Assembly: GCA_029858305.1 (NCBI GenBank)
Contig: JAOUFI010000021.1
Location: forward strand, 1 to 33,995
Direction: 5' to 3'
DNA length: 33,995 bases
From: Candidatus Thorarchaeota archaeon
Lineage (GTDB): Archaea > Asgardarchaeota > Thorarchaeia > Thorarchaeales > Thorarchaeaceae
The notes beneath the pieces were generated by a model. That model was given only the letters and a program-made list of their open reading frames with translations. It was not told where the DNA came from and did no database searches. Below are positions 10,096-19,025 of this stretch, piece after piece (the first letter of the stretch is position 1; each line of letters opens with the position of its first letter). The position numbers were made by a program, and so were the translations under genes.

Positions 10096-10863
10096 CTAGG
10101 ACTCCCGTTCTTCTTCATCTCCACTCAGAAAGTATGAGAGGGGTAAGATCCCACCACAGTCTTTAGCTAAGGCTCGTGAAGCTCTCCTCACTGGAAATTG
10201 CGGGTGCTTGGTGAGAGTGTATCGTATATATGATCTCGATTCCTCGACTTGAACATGAACTTGACAGTTGCTTGCTAGAGAGCGTCCACCTGCTGGAGTG
10301 TTGCTGTTTTTCTTCGAGGCTGGAGCAGAAATGAATGTGAAGAGATCTCTTCTAAGTGTAAAGGTCATTATATGTGAAGCCATGTGGGACATCTGTTGTA
10401 GACCTTCACCTTTCAAGCCCTCCTCGATGTAAAGATTAGGTAATCCAGTTACCATTAGAACCCTCGCAGACAATCGTCTGAAGAATCCCTCAAGTTCATT
10501 CATGATGAGGTCGTAAGTTTGAGAGGAGTTGAAGGCTCTCGATATGTAGATTCTGTCCATCACTTCATCAGGATCTAGCTCAAGTTCGTAGGAGATATCT
10601 GTGAGACGTTCGATCTTGATCATGTTTGCACTATCGATTATAATGACTGGGGCACCAGTACCACCTCTATCCTTCGGCATCTGTTCGTACACTGCACATC
10701 TGAGAAAGTCGTCATGCAGGCAACGGTCTCCGTAGAACAGATGCGTGAGTCCCGCTTCGGCGCCTCCTCCTAGTAGGTTATCCAATGCACTGATACCCAT
10801 GGAAATCTTCACTCGCTTGACCATATCTGCAGTGAAGAATCCCGGTCTGATTGAATCCTCCAT
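10096..10863 (-). CDS. RadA/Rad51-family paralogue, predicted ATPase-inactive
   Basis: ISMGISALDNLLGGG, QMPKDRGG, IIIDSAN, IYISRAFN and PAGG motifs of RadA. Walker A replaced by YGDRCLHDD and Walker B by LMVTGL. Confidence 0.85.
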   Translation of the reverse strand: MEDSIRPGFFTADMVKRVKISMGISALDNLLGGGAEAGLTHLFYGDRCLHDDFLRCAVYEQMPKDRGGTGAPVIIIDSANMIKIERLTDISYELELDPDEVMDRIYISRAFNSSQTYDLIMNELEGFFRRLSARVLMVTGLPNLYIEEGLKGEGLQQMSHMASHIMTFTLRRDLFTFISAPASKKNSNTPAGGRSLASNCQVHVQVEESRSYIRYTLTKHPQFPVRRASRALAKDCGGILPLSYFLSGDEEERES

Positions 10864-10991
10864 CTCACACTATATTCGTATCGAGGTTATAATAAGACCA
10901 CACAGAATGCTTCAGGAATCCGGTTCTATTCGCAAGCAACTGTTTTAAGGAGCTGATTGGAAGTAAATGTATAACGCCGGGAGAATACAAG

Positions 10992-11204
10992 TTGGGTGCA
11001 AGGAAGGTAAGGGTGTGCCCTCGTTGCGGCTCGCTCAAGATCAAAGAGAACAAGACCTCAGTCAATGGATGGCTTGTTCCAACTACTTATTATTGTGAAG
11101 AGGAAGGATGCGGCTATTCGGGACCTGGTCTCATTGAGATTGATGCTGAGGAGGCAGAGATTCTCAGACAGGTAATGAATGGTGAGTCATCCGTCGAAGA
11201 ATAG
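10992..11204 (+). CDS. Small Zn-ribbon protein
   Basis: CPRCGS ... YYCEEEGCGYSG, two Cys knuckles in 70 aa; TTG start. Confidence 0.75.
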   Translation: MGARKVRVCPRCGSLKIKENKTSVNGWLVPTTYYCEEEGCGYSGPGLIEIDAEEAEILRQVMNGESSVEE

Positions 11205-11283
11205 CTATTACTCTAAGAGACATTTCCATAGAGCAAATGCCTTAAGTAGTAGGTTATACGAACCAATATTTGGTGACTATACC

Positions 11284-11709
11284 ATGGTAACACACGACGG
11301 TTTCAATTTTCCAGATGATCTTCACTATACTCCAGACCAAATTTGGGTCAAGAAGGAAGGCGACAAGGTTCGCATTGGCTTCACGACATTTGGAATGGAT
11401 CTAGCTGGCAAGATCAAGTTCGTGCGTCTTCGACCCGCTGGCAAGGACATAGAGGCAGGACGTAGCATTGGCACTTTAGAAAGTGGGAAATGGACAGGCC
11501 CTGTCAAGGCACCTGTAAGCGGTACAATCACTGAAGTCAATGACGCTTTGAAAGACAATCCTGGTATTCTCAATGAGGATCCCTATGGTAAGGGCTGGGT
11601 TGCTGTTCTCAAGCCATCAAATCTGGATGCTGAGCTCGGCAGTCTTCAAGGCGCTAATGGATTAGATGCATGGGTCAAGAAGGAATTTGCTGAGAAGCGG
11701 CCTTCATAG
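11284..11709 (+). CDS. gcvH: Glycine cleavage system H / lipoyl-carrier protein
   Basis: FPDDLHY...WVK, GTLESGKW (lipoyl-Lys), APVSG, NEDPYGKGW. Start moved to ATG 11284, which avoids overlap with the upstream gene. Confidence 0.9.
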   Translation: MVTHDGFNFPDDLHYTPDQIWVKKEGDKVRIGFTTFGMDLAGKIKFVRLRPAGKDIEAGRSIGTLESGKWTGPVKAPVSGTITEVNDALKDNPGILNEDPYGKGWVAVLKPSNLDAELGSLQGANGLDAWVKKEFAEKRPS

Positions 11710-11722
11710 ACACTATAAACAG

Positions 11723-11758
11723 GAATGAGCGGCTGGAATGACCAGCCGGTTCTCATTC
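11723..11758. terminator. Hairpin between convergent gcvH and cdc6-like genes
   Basis: GAATGAG-CGGCTGG / loop AATGA / CCAGCCG-GTT bulge-CTCATTC gives 14 bp of pairing. Confidence 0.55.
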
Positions 11759-11763
11759 AATTT

Positions 11764-12900
11764 CTACTTTCTTCGAGCTAGTTCACGTCTAAGACCGACT
11801 GCTGCCTCATAGAGGATGTCCGGGGGTGCAAGGACATAGAGAAGATTGCGTGAATATCCGGACTCGAAGACAATGCTCTGGAATATCAAGGTCTGAAGAC
11901 TCCTGTCAATGTCCTCTGCGACATATTTTACACCAAGCTCTTCACATTTGATGACAATAAGCTCGTTGAGAGTGCCCCTATCAATGTAGGTCTCTGTCTT
12001 GTAATGTACGAGATGCTCGCATAGTGCTTCAAGGACCAGGAGTGTCATGAAGTCATTCATACTGATAGTGTCAATTAGGTCCATGTAATCATTATCGTGA
12101 GCAAAGGTTGTGATGCTTGCAGTTGCGCTTCTCACCGCGTCCGAGTCTATCTCCTGACCCCTGGCTGCAAGTGGCCATAGTGCTTTCAAGGCCTCTACAG
12201 TTGTCTTTGGCTTTGATGCATCGAACTCCACCACCAGGTCAGTGATATACCGAACAACTTCTTCAGTGAGACCAAGGGGGAATGTGTCCTCTACCCGAGT
12301 TCTTACGATATCATAGAGTTGCGATTGTGTATAGATATCAAGAGGTATCTCGAAGTCATAAGCCATCTGAGTAGCCGGTCCCTTTGTCAGCATTCTGTAC
12401 TCATGACTATTGAGAACACCAATGGTGCTTGCATTGATTTCCTTCGACAGTCTTGCCAGTTTCTTGTAAACCTCTTCATTGGTCTCATCAATATTATCCA
12501 CAACAAACACTGTTCTCCTGTCCGTTGCTGTGGCTGTTCTCTTGAACTGCATCCACAATACATCGAGATCAAAGGCAACGGTGATGGGTTTGCCAGTTTC
12601 GTGATGGATCTTATCATTCAGTTCTGAGATTATTTCTAGTATATCCTTGTGCTTGGCATCCACATACACTGTATGTGCGTTGAACTGTTGCGGCACTAGT
12701 TTTGTGAGAAAATACCTCGAAAAGACAGTCATCCCCACTCCTGTTATACCATGAACAAGGCAGTTCACACCATATTCATCTTCAAACGAATCCTTGTAAA
12801 CGCCGTTGACAGTTGACATCTCCCTGTCTCGGTACAAGAGCTTGTCAGGGACGTAATAGGGATCGAATAGACCTTTGGGGCTACGATGTGGGCGGACCAT
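11764..12900 (-). CDS. cdc6: Orc1/Cdc6-family AAA+ protein with degenerate ATPase motifs
   Basis: LFDPYYVPDKLLYRDRE N-terminus, Walker A GITGVGMT, Walker B VVDNID, YTQSQLYDIVRTRV, C-terminal winged-helix-sized domain. Confidence 0.85.
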   Translation of the reverse strand: MVRPHRSPKGLFDPYYVPDKLLYRDREMSTVNGVYKDSFEDEYGVNCLVHGITGVGMTVFSRYFLTKLVPQQFNAHTVYVDAKHKDILEIISELNDKIHHETGKPITVAFDLDVLWMQFKRTATATDRRTVFVVDNIDETNEEVYKKLARLSKEINASTIGVLNSHEYRMLTKGPATQMAYDFEIPLDIYTQSQLYDIVRTRVEDTFPLGLTEEVVRYITDLVVEFDASKPKTTVEALKALWPLAARGQEIDSDAVRSATASITTFAHDNDYMDLIDTISMNDFMTLLVLEALCEHLVHYKTETYIDRGTLNELIVIKCEELGVKYVAEDIDRSLQTLIFQSIVFESGYSRNLLYVLAPPDILYEAAVGLRRELARRK

Positions 12901-12928
12901 TCTTATCAGAACCTCGTCTCATTGTGTG

Positions 12929-12936
12929 TATATAAA
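12929..12936 (-). promoter_or_regulatory. Putative TATA box (TTTATATA) for the cdc6-like gene
   Basis: About 30 nt upstream of ATG 12900, consistent with a leaderless or short-leader archaeal transcript. Confidence 0.5.
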
Positions 12937-13006
12937 CACCTGTCTGAGATGCCCGAAAGTATTTCTTCTGATATCTCGAGTCCGCATTAGATTAAAACAA
13001 CCAGCC

Positions 13007-14344
13007 TCAAACCATTGAGCCCAATATGTCATTGCATTCTGGAGATAGGAGGAAAGGATTGAAGCCCCGTCCTATCACTGCCCTGATCTCTTCGAGTCGC
13101 TTCTTTTTGACCTCATCAGAGAATGGCCATTTGTGTTCAGGTTTAGGTGTCACCTTGAGTTCATCACAAATATCTACGATTGCAAGAACTGTATCATAGA
13201 CATCCTGGCTTTGTTTTCCCTCCGGTTTGATTTCCCTTGAGTGCAAAATCAGTCCGTATGTTGGGGAATTATCACCACTGTACCATTTACTAGGTCCATG
13301 ACCATACTTTGCGAATGGTGTCATACCGTGTTCAATCAATAGTGCGTTGATTGTGTCAATACCATCCTGCAATTTGATTAGGCTAGTATCGTAAAAGCCA
13401 TAGTCCTCAAACAATGCTACCTGAATTCCTACTTTCGGATTTCGTTTTGGAAGCTTGACGCGGACATCTTTCATCCGAGCCAATTCTTTAGAATCAAGTC
13501 TTCTGAAATCAACTATCTCTCTTACCTCAGACTCTAATTCCACTGGGAATTCAATCACATGTAATGGTGGTTTGAGATCCTCTCGAACATCTGGATGTGC
13601 CTCAGTAATAGCTTCACCATAGTTGATTTTGATTTTCTTTTCAATCATATTTTGAAGTGCTTTACCAAGAACATTACAGTCTGGAAACTCTGTGAGGCCT
13701 CCCATAAGTGCTTCCTTGACAGTTGGTCTAATAAGAAGTCGTAGTTCAGTAATAAAACCCAGAGTTCCGTGAGAATTAGCAACATCATGGATTGTCATAC
13801 CCTTTTTGTTCAGGTTTTCCTCTAATCCCAAGTCATTGCTCTTGACTCCCTTTGAATCGACAGTAAGAGACCTCCCATCATACAAGATCATTTTCACACG
13901 TATGGTATTGTCTCTCATGGTCCCATTTATCCAGGTATCGTTTCCTCCTCCATCGGTGGAGAGAACCCCTCCAACAGTAGCAACATCCCTACTACTTGGT
14001 GCTACAAAGAATCTGAGACCCATTGGAGTCAGAAACTCATTGATCTTGTCTGGTGTAATTCCTGGTTGGACATCTATGTATCCTTGATCTTTTGAGACCG
14101 AGAGAATTTCCTTCATCTGTAGTGTGCTAATCATAATACGTTCATCGTTTCCACCAGTGCACGCTCCGCTTAGGCCTGATCCTCCTCCCTTGGGAGTCAC
14201 TGTGAGCCCATTTTGTTGCGCGTGTGCAATGGCTGCTAGAACGTCTTGTTCCACCCTTGGATAATAGACACCCTTAATCTTCTTGAAATTAAGTTTGTAG
14301 TAAATCGAGGCATTTGCGCCAATGACGACATCTCTGAGCTTCAA
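13007..14344 (-). CDS. FAD-binding oxidoreductase (VAO/PCMH, GlcD/D-lactate dehydrogenase-like)
   Basis: TPKGGGSGLSGA, DVQPGIT, APSSRDVATVGG, SHGTLGFITE; divergent C-terminal substrate domain; abuts the Fe-S gene. Confidence 0.85.
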   Translation of the reverse strand: MKLRDVVIGANASIYYKLNFKKIKGVYYPRVEQDVLAAIAHAQQNGLTVTPKGGGSGLSGACTGGNDERIMISTLQMKEILSVSKDQGYIDVQPGITPDKINEFLTPMGLRFFVAPSSRDVATVGGVLSTDGGGNDTWINGTMRDNTIRVKMILYDGRSLTVDSKGVKSNDLGLEENLNKKGMTIHDVANSHGTLGFITELRLLIRPTVKEALMGGLTEFPDCNVLGKALQNMIEKKIKINYGEAITEAHPDVREDLKPPLHVIEFPVELESEVREIVDFRRLDSKELARMKDVRVKLPKRNPKVGIQVALFEDYGFYDTSLIKLQDGIDTINALLIEHGMTPFAKYGHGPSKWYSGDNSPTYGLILHSREIKPEGKQSQDVYDTVLAIVDICDELKVTPKPEHKWPFSDEVKKKRLEEIRAVIGRGFNPFLLSPECNDILGSMV

Positions 14345-15451
14345 TCAGTTGGCACCTCCATCAAGTGTTTCAGAAAGGAGTTCTACAATGTCTTTGGTTT
14401 TTAGATCTTGACCAAGGAGTTGCTCCCTGCATGACGGACAGGCTGTAATCACAGTGGTATTCTTAACGCCCTCTCGTGCGACCCGAAGTTGGATGATCTT
14501 ATCACTCAGATTTGGATCTGTCATTCTTAGGAGACCGCCACCACCGCAGCAACTAAGGTCCATCTCTTTGAACTCGATTCCCATCTTTCTGATCAATGAC
14601 CTTGGTTCTGTTTTGATTTTTAGAATTCTATGTAGTTCACATGGGTCATGATACGAGAATTCCTCCTTCTGGTCATGTTTCTTCGTTTCATCCAGAAGTC
14701 TGTCAAAGAATTGTGTGTGATGAAGTGTTTCAACTCCCTCTAGGTTGTGGTGTTCTCTGAGTTGAATCAGACAACCAGGGCAACAGCTAATGACACGCTT
14801 TGCACCTGCAGCTTTGATGACTTTCTTATTATGCTCCCTTAATTCCTGAGCACCTTTTTCATTGCCCATTAGGTAAAGTGGATGGCCACAACAATTCTCT
14901 TCAGCACCCATAACCAAGTAGTCTATCTCTAGTTTTTCCAAGGTCTGGAATAGTGACCTCAACACATCAATCTGGCTTCCTCTAAATGACATTAAACAGC
15001 CTAGGAATATGATATTCTCTGTTGTCTTCCCCTTTTCATACACTCTATCTGCAAGCCCCGGAATATCGTCTTCCAATTCATCAAGCCAGTAAATCGCTCG
15101 ATCCTCTGCTGCTAGACCATAGATATTCTTGACATTTGCAAGTGCATCTTTCAAGGGTTCCAAATAGGCGAACTCCTCTGGATGCGTTTCTATGGCTTTG
15201 GCCCTCTGTTCATGCCAGACCTTAAGAAGGTCCACCCCTGATGAACAGGTTTCTTCACAACGACCGCAGAGCGAACATTCAAAGAGGAGTCTACGAAACT
15301 CCTTGGCTAGCTCTTTATCATCTTCAATTTGGTCCATCACTTGCAGTAAGTATGCCTTTCCTCTAGGTGAAAATTGCTCCTCTCCTGTTGCGTCAAACAT
15401 TGGACAGAATTGTAAACAAGAGCCGCAACGGACACATTTATCGTAGGACAT
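14345..15451 (-). CDS. (Fe-S)-binding protein, GlcF/HdrD-like with CCG domains
   Basis: CVRCGSCLQFCP and CSLCGRCEETC ferredoxin motifs; ENCCG, SCCPGC, YHDPC, CCGGGG, TACPSC. Confidence 0.9.
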   Translation of the reverse strand: MSYDKCVRCGSCLQFCPMFDATGEEQFSPRGKAYLLQVMDQIEDDKELAKEFRRLLFECSLCGRCEETCSSGVDLLKVWHEQRAKAIETHPEEFAYLEPLKDALANVKNIYGLAAEDRAIYWLDELEDDIPGLADRVYEKGKTTENIIFLGCLMSFRGSQIDVLRSLFQTLEKLEIDYLVMGAEENCCGHPLYLMGNEKGAQELREHNKKVIKAAGAKRVISCCPGCLIQLREHHNLEGVETLHHTQFFDRLLDETKKHDQKEEFSYHDPCELHRILKIKTEPRSLIRKMGIEFKEMDLSCCGGGGLLRMTDPNLSDKIIQLRVAREGVKNTTVITACPSCREQLLGQDLKTKDIVELLSETLDGGAN

Positions 15452-15594
15452 ATCATTTCTTCCTCAGTAAGGTCATTTAATGTAACCGAGTTCATCGGGG
15501 CTTGTTCTAAGAACTTAATAAGATAGTGATAGATAACATCAATTTGGCATAAGAATAAAGATCATGTTTGAGTTCATGCGGCAAAAGAGAAAAT

Positions 15595-15616
15595 AAGCGG
15601 CGGAATTCCGCCGCTT
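15595..15616 (-). terminator. Perfect 22-bp palindrome followed by a T-rich tract downstream of malic enzyme
   Basis: AAGCGGCGGAATTCCGCCGCTT; on the minus strand it is followed by ATTTTCTCTTTTG; lies 20 nt after the stop codon. Confidence 0.65.
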
Positions 15617-15636
15617 TCCTTGACAAGCCCGATACT

Positions 15637-16998
15637 CTATGTAGTGGGCGCTTTTGGAATGAAGCCTTGCTTGTAGAGCATTTCAGAAGCGGCACGAGAT
15701 ACTCGGATGATATCCTCCGCGTATTTGTAGAGGGCTTTCTCTTCCCAGTGCTTCCTCGCAACACCTTGCTCAATAGCTTTCATACCTACCGCGGTGGCTT
15801 CAGCAGGATATAGCTCCCATTGGTCCATTGTTGGGATGACCTTGCGTTCATTAGCTTGTTTGGCACCAAGGTCGGCTAGAGCCTGAGCGGCAGCTATGCA
15901 CATCTCATCGGTGATGGTGCTTGCTCGCACATCGAGAGTTCCACGGAAGATACCTGGGAATCCAAGGGAATTGTTGATTTGGTTGTCAAAATCACTACGG
16001 CCTGTACCAACAATCCTTGCACCTGCTTCTTTTGCATCCCATGGCCAAATTTCTGGCAAGGGATTAGCACATGCATAGACAATGGAGTCCTTTGCCATCT
16101 TAGATACCCATTCTTTCTTGATAGTCCCTGGAACAGGCTGTGATGCTGAGATGAGCACATCCATTCCTTTGATGACTTCACCAAGGTCTCCAGTCATTCT
16201 ATCTGGGTTGGTCTTTTGAGCTAGGTCATACTTGAATGCATCATAATTCTTCTCTGCAATGATGTCTTCTCGGTCTGCATAGATTGCTCCAGTACTGTCG
16301 ACCATTATGATATTCTTGGGGTCAACGCCTGCTGCGATCAATAGATATGCTGTTCGAGTATTTGCAGCCCCCACACCTAACATGGCGACCCTGATGTTTT
16401 CAATGTCTTTCTTGACAACATTCAATCCACCAAAGACTCCTGCGAGAACAACAGTTGCTGTTCCCTGAGCATCATCATGCCACACAGGAATGTTCACGTC
16501 TGGGTCATTACGAAGTTCTTCGAGAATCTTGTAACACTTTGGCTTAGAGAAATCTTCTAAGTTAATACCACCAAAGGAGGGTTGTAGTATCTTGACGAAC
16601 TCAATAGCCTTGTCTGGGTCTTTTGTGTCGATACAAATTGGCCAGGCATCAACGCCCCCCAGATATTTGAAAAGAATGGCCTTTCCTTCCATCACTGGTC
16701 CTGCAGCTAGCGGGCCGATATCGCCTAGTCCGAGTACTCTTGTACCGTCACTGACGACCGCCACCATATTGCCCTTGTTTAGGTGGTCATATGCTTTGTC
16801 CGGATTATCCTTGATATCTAGACATGGTTTGGCGACTCCAGGCGTATAATACACAGAGAAGTCAGAGAAGCTCCTCACAGGGACTTTACCTATCGACTGG
16901 ATCTTCCCCCTATAGAAGGGGTGTAAAATCATGGCATCCTTGCCAGGTTTCTCGGCTTTCTTCTTCAACTCTTCGACAGAGAGCTTTTTTTCAGGCAT
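15637..16998 (-). CDS. mae: NAD(P)-dependent malic enzyme
   Basis: YYTPGVA, VSDGTRVLGLGDIG, PVMEGKAILFK, INLED, HDDAQGT, ANPLPEI, TGRSDFDNQINN. Confidence 0.95.
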   Translation of the reverse strand: MPEKKLSVEELKKKAEKPGKDAMILHPFYRGKIQSIGKVPVRSFSDFSVYYTPGVAKPCLDIKDNPDKAYDHLNKGNMVAVVSDGTRVLGLGDIGPLAAGPVMEGKAILFKYLGGVDAWPICIDTKDPDKAIEFVKILQPSFGGINLEDFSKPKCYKILEELRNDPDVNIPVWHDDAQGTATVVLAGVFGGLNVVKKDIENIRVAMLGVGAANTRTAYLLIAAGVDPKNIIMVDSTGAIYADREDIIAEKNYDAFKYDLAQKTNPDRMTGDLGEVIKGMDVLISASQPVPGTIKKEWVSKMAKDSIVYACANPLPEIWPWDAKEAGARIVGTGRSDFDNQINNSLGFPGIFRGTLDVRASTITDEMCIAAAQALADLGAKQANERKVIPTMDQWELYPAEATAVGMKAIEQGVARKHWEEKALYKYAEDIIRVSRAASEMLYKQGFIPKAPTT

Positions 16999-17142
16999 TA
17001 TGTAGTACTCCTGACATATTGATTAGAAGACTGGTCTACATTGACCTGTCTGCATGTGTCCGGCTCGTGCCCGCCTTTATTAAAATCTATCTTCTTAGGA
17101 CATGTTGAGAAATCGATAGAGCCAAAACAAGAAAGGGTATCA

Positions 17143-17901
17143 ATGCATAGTATGAAGCCTGCAATTGGTGACGACTTTCTTCGAGATACGAAGTATGAAC
17201 GAGGCAAACTACCAGAGCACAGTCTTGATTGGGCTAATATGCCTGCCCAGTACAAAATCTATGAAAAAAAACCTCGTATCTCCCTTCCAGAACCGTCGAT
17301 TTACGGAGGTCCTACAATATGGGACATTATCAAGCGACGTAGAAGTGTCAGAGCGTATACGACTGACCCAATGTCACTCCAAGACTTATCGCAAATCCTC
17401 TGGGCAACTCAGGGAGTCAGAGAGGTCATTTCGGGACCCAACTGCGACTTCAAGCTCCGTACTGCTCCATCTGCAGGCGGGCTATATCCTATAGAGACCT
17501 ATCTTTATGTGAGCCGGGTTGATGGGCTTAAGAAAGGAATCTATCACTATGTGGTTGATGACCATGTTTTAGAGCTGATCAATGAAGGTGATTACGGGGA
17601 CGAGATAAGAGCTGGAGCATTAGATCAGCAGATTGCCAAACAGGCTGCTATTGTGTTCATTTGGAGTGCGGTGGTTGAACGGTCAAAGTGGAAGTATCTA
17701 CAACGTGCATATCGGTACATCTTTCTCGATGCAGGACATATTGCTCAGAATCTTGCTCTTGCCGCAGAAGCTTTGGACTATGGTAGTTGTCAAATAGGCG
17801 CAATCTATGATGATGAGCTCAATACACTCCTTGGTCTTGATGGAGTCAATGAGTCTGTCATATATCTAAGCAGCGTGGCCCGACCACGAAGGATTCTCTA
17901 G
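17143..17901 (+). CDS. SagB/ThcOx-family FMN-dependent nitroreductase/dehydrogenase
   Basis: RRRSVRAY, LRTAPSAGGLYPIETY, KYLQRAYRY..LDAGHIAQN. Start likely ATG 17143 or 17152 rather than 17041. Confidence 0.9.
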   Translation: MHSMKPAIGDDFLRDTKYERGKLPEHSLDWANMPAQYKIYEKKPRISLPEPSIYGGPTIWDIIKRRRSVRAYTTDPMSLQDLSQILWATQGVREVISGPNCDFKLRTAPSAGGLYPIETYLYVSRVDGLKKGIYHYVVDDHVLELINEGDYGDEIRAGALDQQIAKQAAIVFIWSAVVERSKWKYLQRAYRYIFLDAGHIAQNLALAAEALDYGSCQIGAIYDDELNTLLGLDGVNESVIYLSSVARPRRIL

Positions 17902-17908
17902 GAAATAA

Positions 17909-18406
17909 TCAGAGCTTTAAGCCCCAGAAATTGACAATCTGTTCAGCATGTTTCGAAGAATTGACCTTGTCAATACCCTCAGGTCCGCCAAAGATACCCT
18001 CTATCTTTCCCTCTTCATCGATGAGGAATGTTATCCTTTGGACACCGAGGAGCTCTTTCCCCAATATTTTTACAGGCCTATAAACTCCATAGAGTTTTGC
18101 TATAGCATAATCCTCATCCAGGAGAATTGAGAATGGCAATCGATGCTTCTCCTTGAATTTCTGGTGAGTTTCAGCGTTTCCTCCAGAAACCCCGAATATT
18201 GGGATTCCCGAATTCTCAAACAGAGTATAGCTATCGCGTATTGAGCATGCCTCTGCGGTGCATCCTGGTGTAAAGTCCTTTGGATAGAAATACAAGACGA
18301 CCTTATGTCCTCGTTGTTCACTTAGCCTGAATGGAGCACCTGTTTCGTCAGTTGTTTCTATTTCGGGAGCCATATCTCCAATCGTTAACATTTTTTCCGC
18401 CCTCAC
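17909..18406 (-). CDS. bcp: Peroxiredoxin, BCP/PrxQ family (copy 2)
   Basis: YFYPKDFTPGCTAEAC, RITFLID. Start GTG 18406 (overlapping the upstream stop) or ATG 18391. Confidence 0.92.
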   Translation of the reverse strand: MRAEKMLTIGDMAPEIETTDETGAPFRLSEQRGHKVVLYFYPKDFTPGCTAEACSIRDSYTLFENSGIPIFGVSGGNAETHQKFKEKHRLPFSILLDEDYAIAKLYGVYRPVKILGKELLGVQRITFLIDEEGKIEGIFGGPEGIDKVNSSKHAEQIVNFWGLKL

Positions 18407-18885
18407 AATTTGAGATTCCAGAACTTGATTACCTGTTCTGCGTGCTCTTTTGTCTTGACCTTCTCGATACCTTCAGTTCCTCCAAATATCCCCTCGACCT
18501 TTCCCTTCTCATCAATTAGGAACGTGGTTCTTTCAATACCCATGTACTCTTTTCCATACATAGTCTTCTTCTTGTACACATCATAGAGTTGAGCAATCTC
18601 GAATTCTTCATCCATTAACAGTGGGAATGGTAGATTGTTTTTATTTTTGAAGCTCTGGTGTGACTTGGCATTGCCCCCAGATACACCGAAGACAGGTATA
18701 TCAGACTTCTCAAAGATTCTGTAATTATCTCTGATTGAACAAGCCTCTTCCTGACATCCAGTGGTATTGTCCTTTGGATAGAAATAGAGGAAGATCTTCT
18801 TCCCTTTGAATGCGCTGAGTCGAAACTTCTCTCCACTCTCCGTAGTAGTGGAAAAATTTGGTGCTTTGTCTCCAATCTTAATCAA
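18403..18885 (-). CDS. bcp: Peroxiredoxin, BCP/PrxQ family (copy 1)
   Basis: YFYPKDNTTGCQEEAC, MYGKEYMGIERTTFLID. Confidence 0.92.
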   Translation of the reverse strand: MIKIGDKAPNFSTTTESGEKFRLSAFKGKKIFLYFYPKDNTTGCQEEACSIRDNYRIFEKSDIPVFGVSGGNAKSHQSFKNKNNLPFPLLMDEEFEIAQLYDVYKKKTMYGKEYMGIERTTFLIDEKGKVEGIFGGTEGIEKVKTKEHAEQVIKFWNLKL

Positions 18886-19025
18886 ATTAACATCTCCTTG
18901 AATAATTAACTATAATAAACTATACACAATTGATTATAAGTATAGCGATACTTCCAAACACCACATGCTCAGCAATCCTTAAAGAGAGTGCAAGATTGCT
19001 AATCACAGCTATGGGCGGAGTCACG

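Noticed and set aside
11723-11758. Hairpin with ATGA as a possible SECIS element
   Set aside because: No tandem G-A core on the 3' arm, and no neighbouring gene with an in-frame TGA at a Cys position.
12901-13006. Replication origin next to the cdc6-like gene
   Set aside because: Only 106 bp, with no ORB repeats or extended AT-rich unwinding element.
17143-17901. SagB/ThcOx gene as part of a RiPP (azole peptide) cluster
   Set aside because: No YcaO, E1-like protein or adjacent precursor peptide; stand-alone SagB-like genes are common in archaea.
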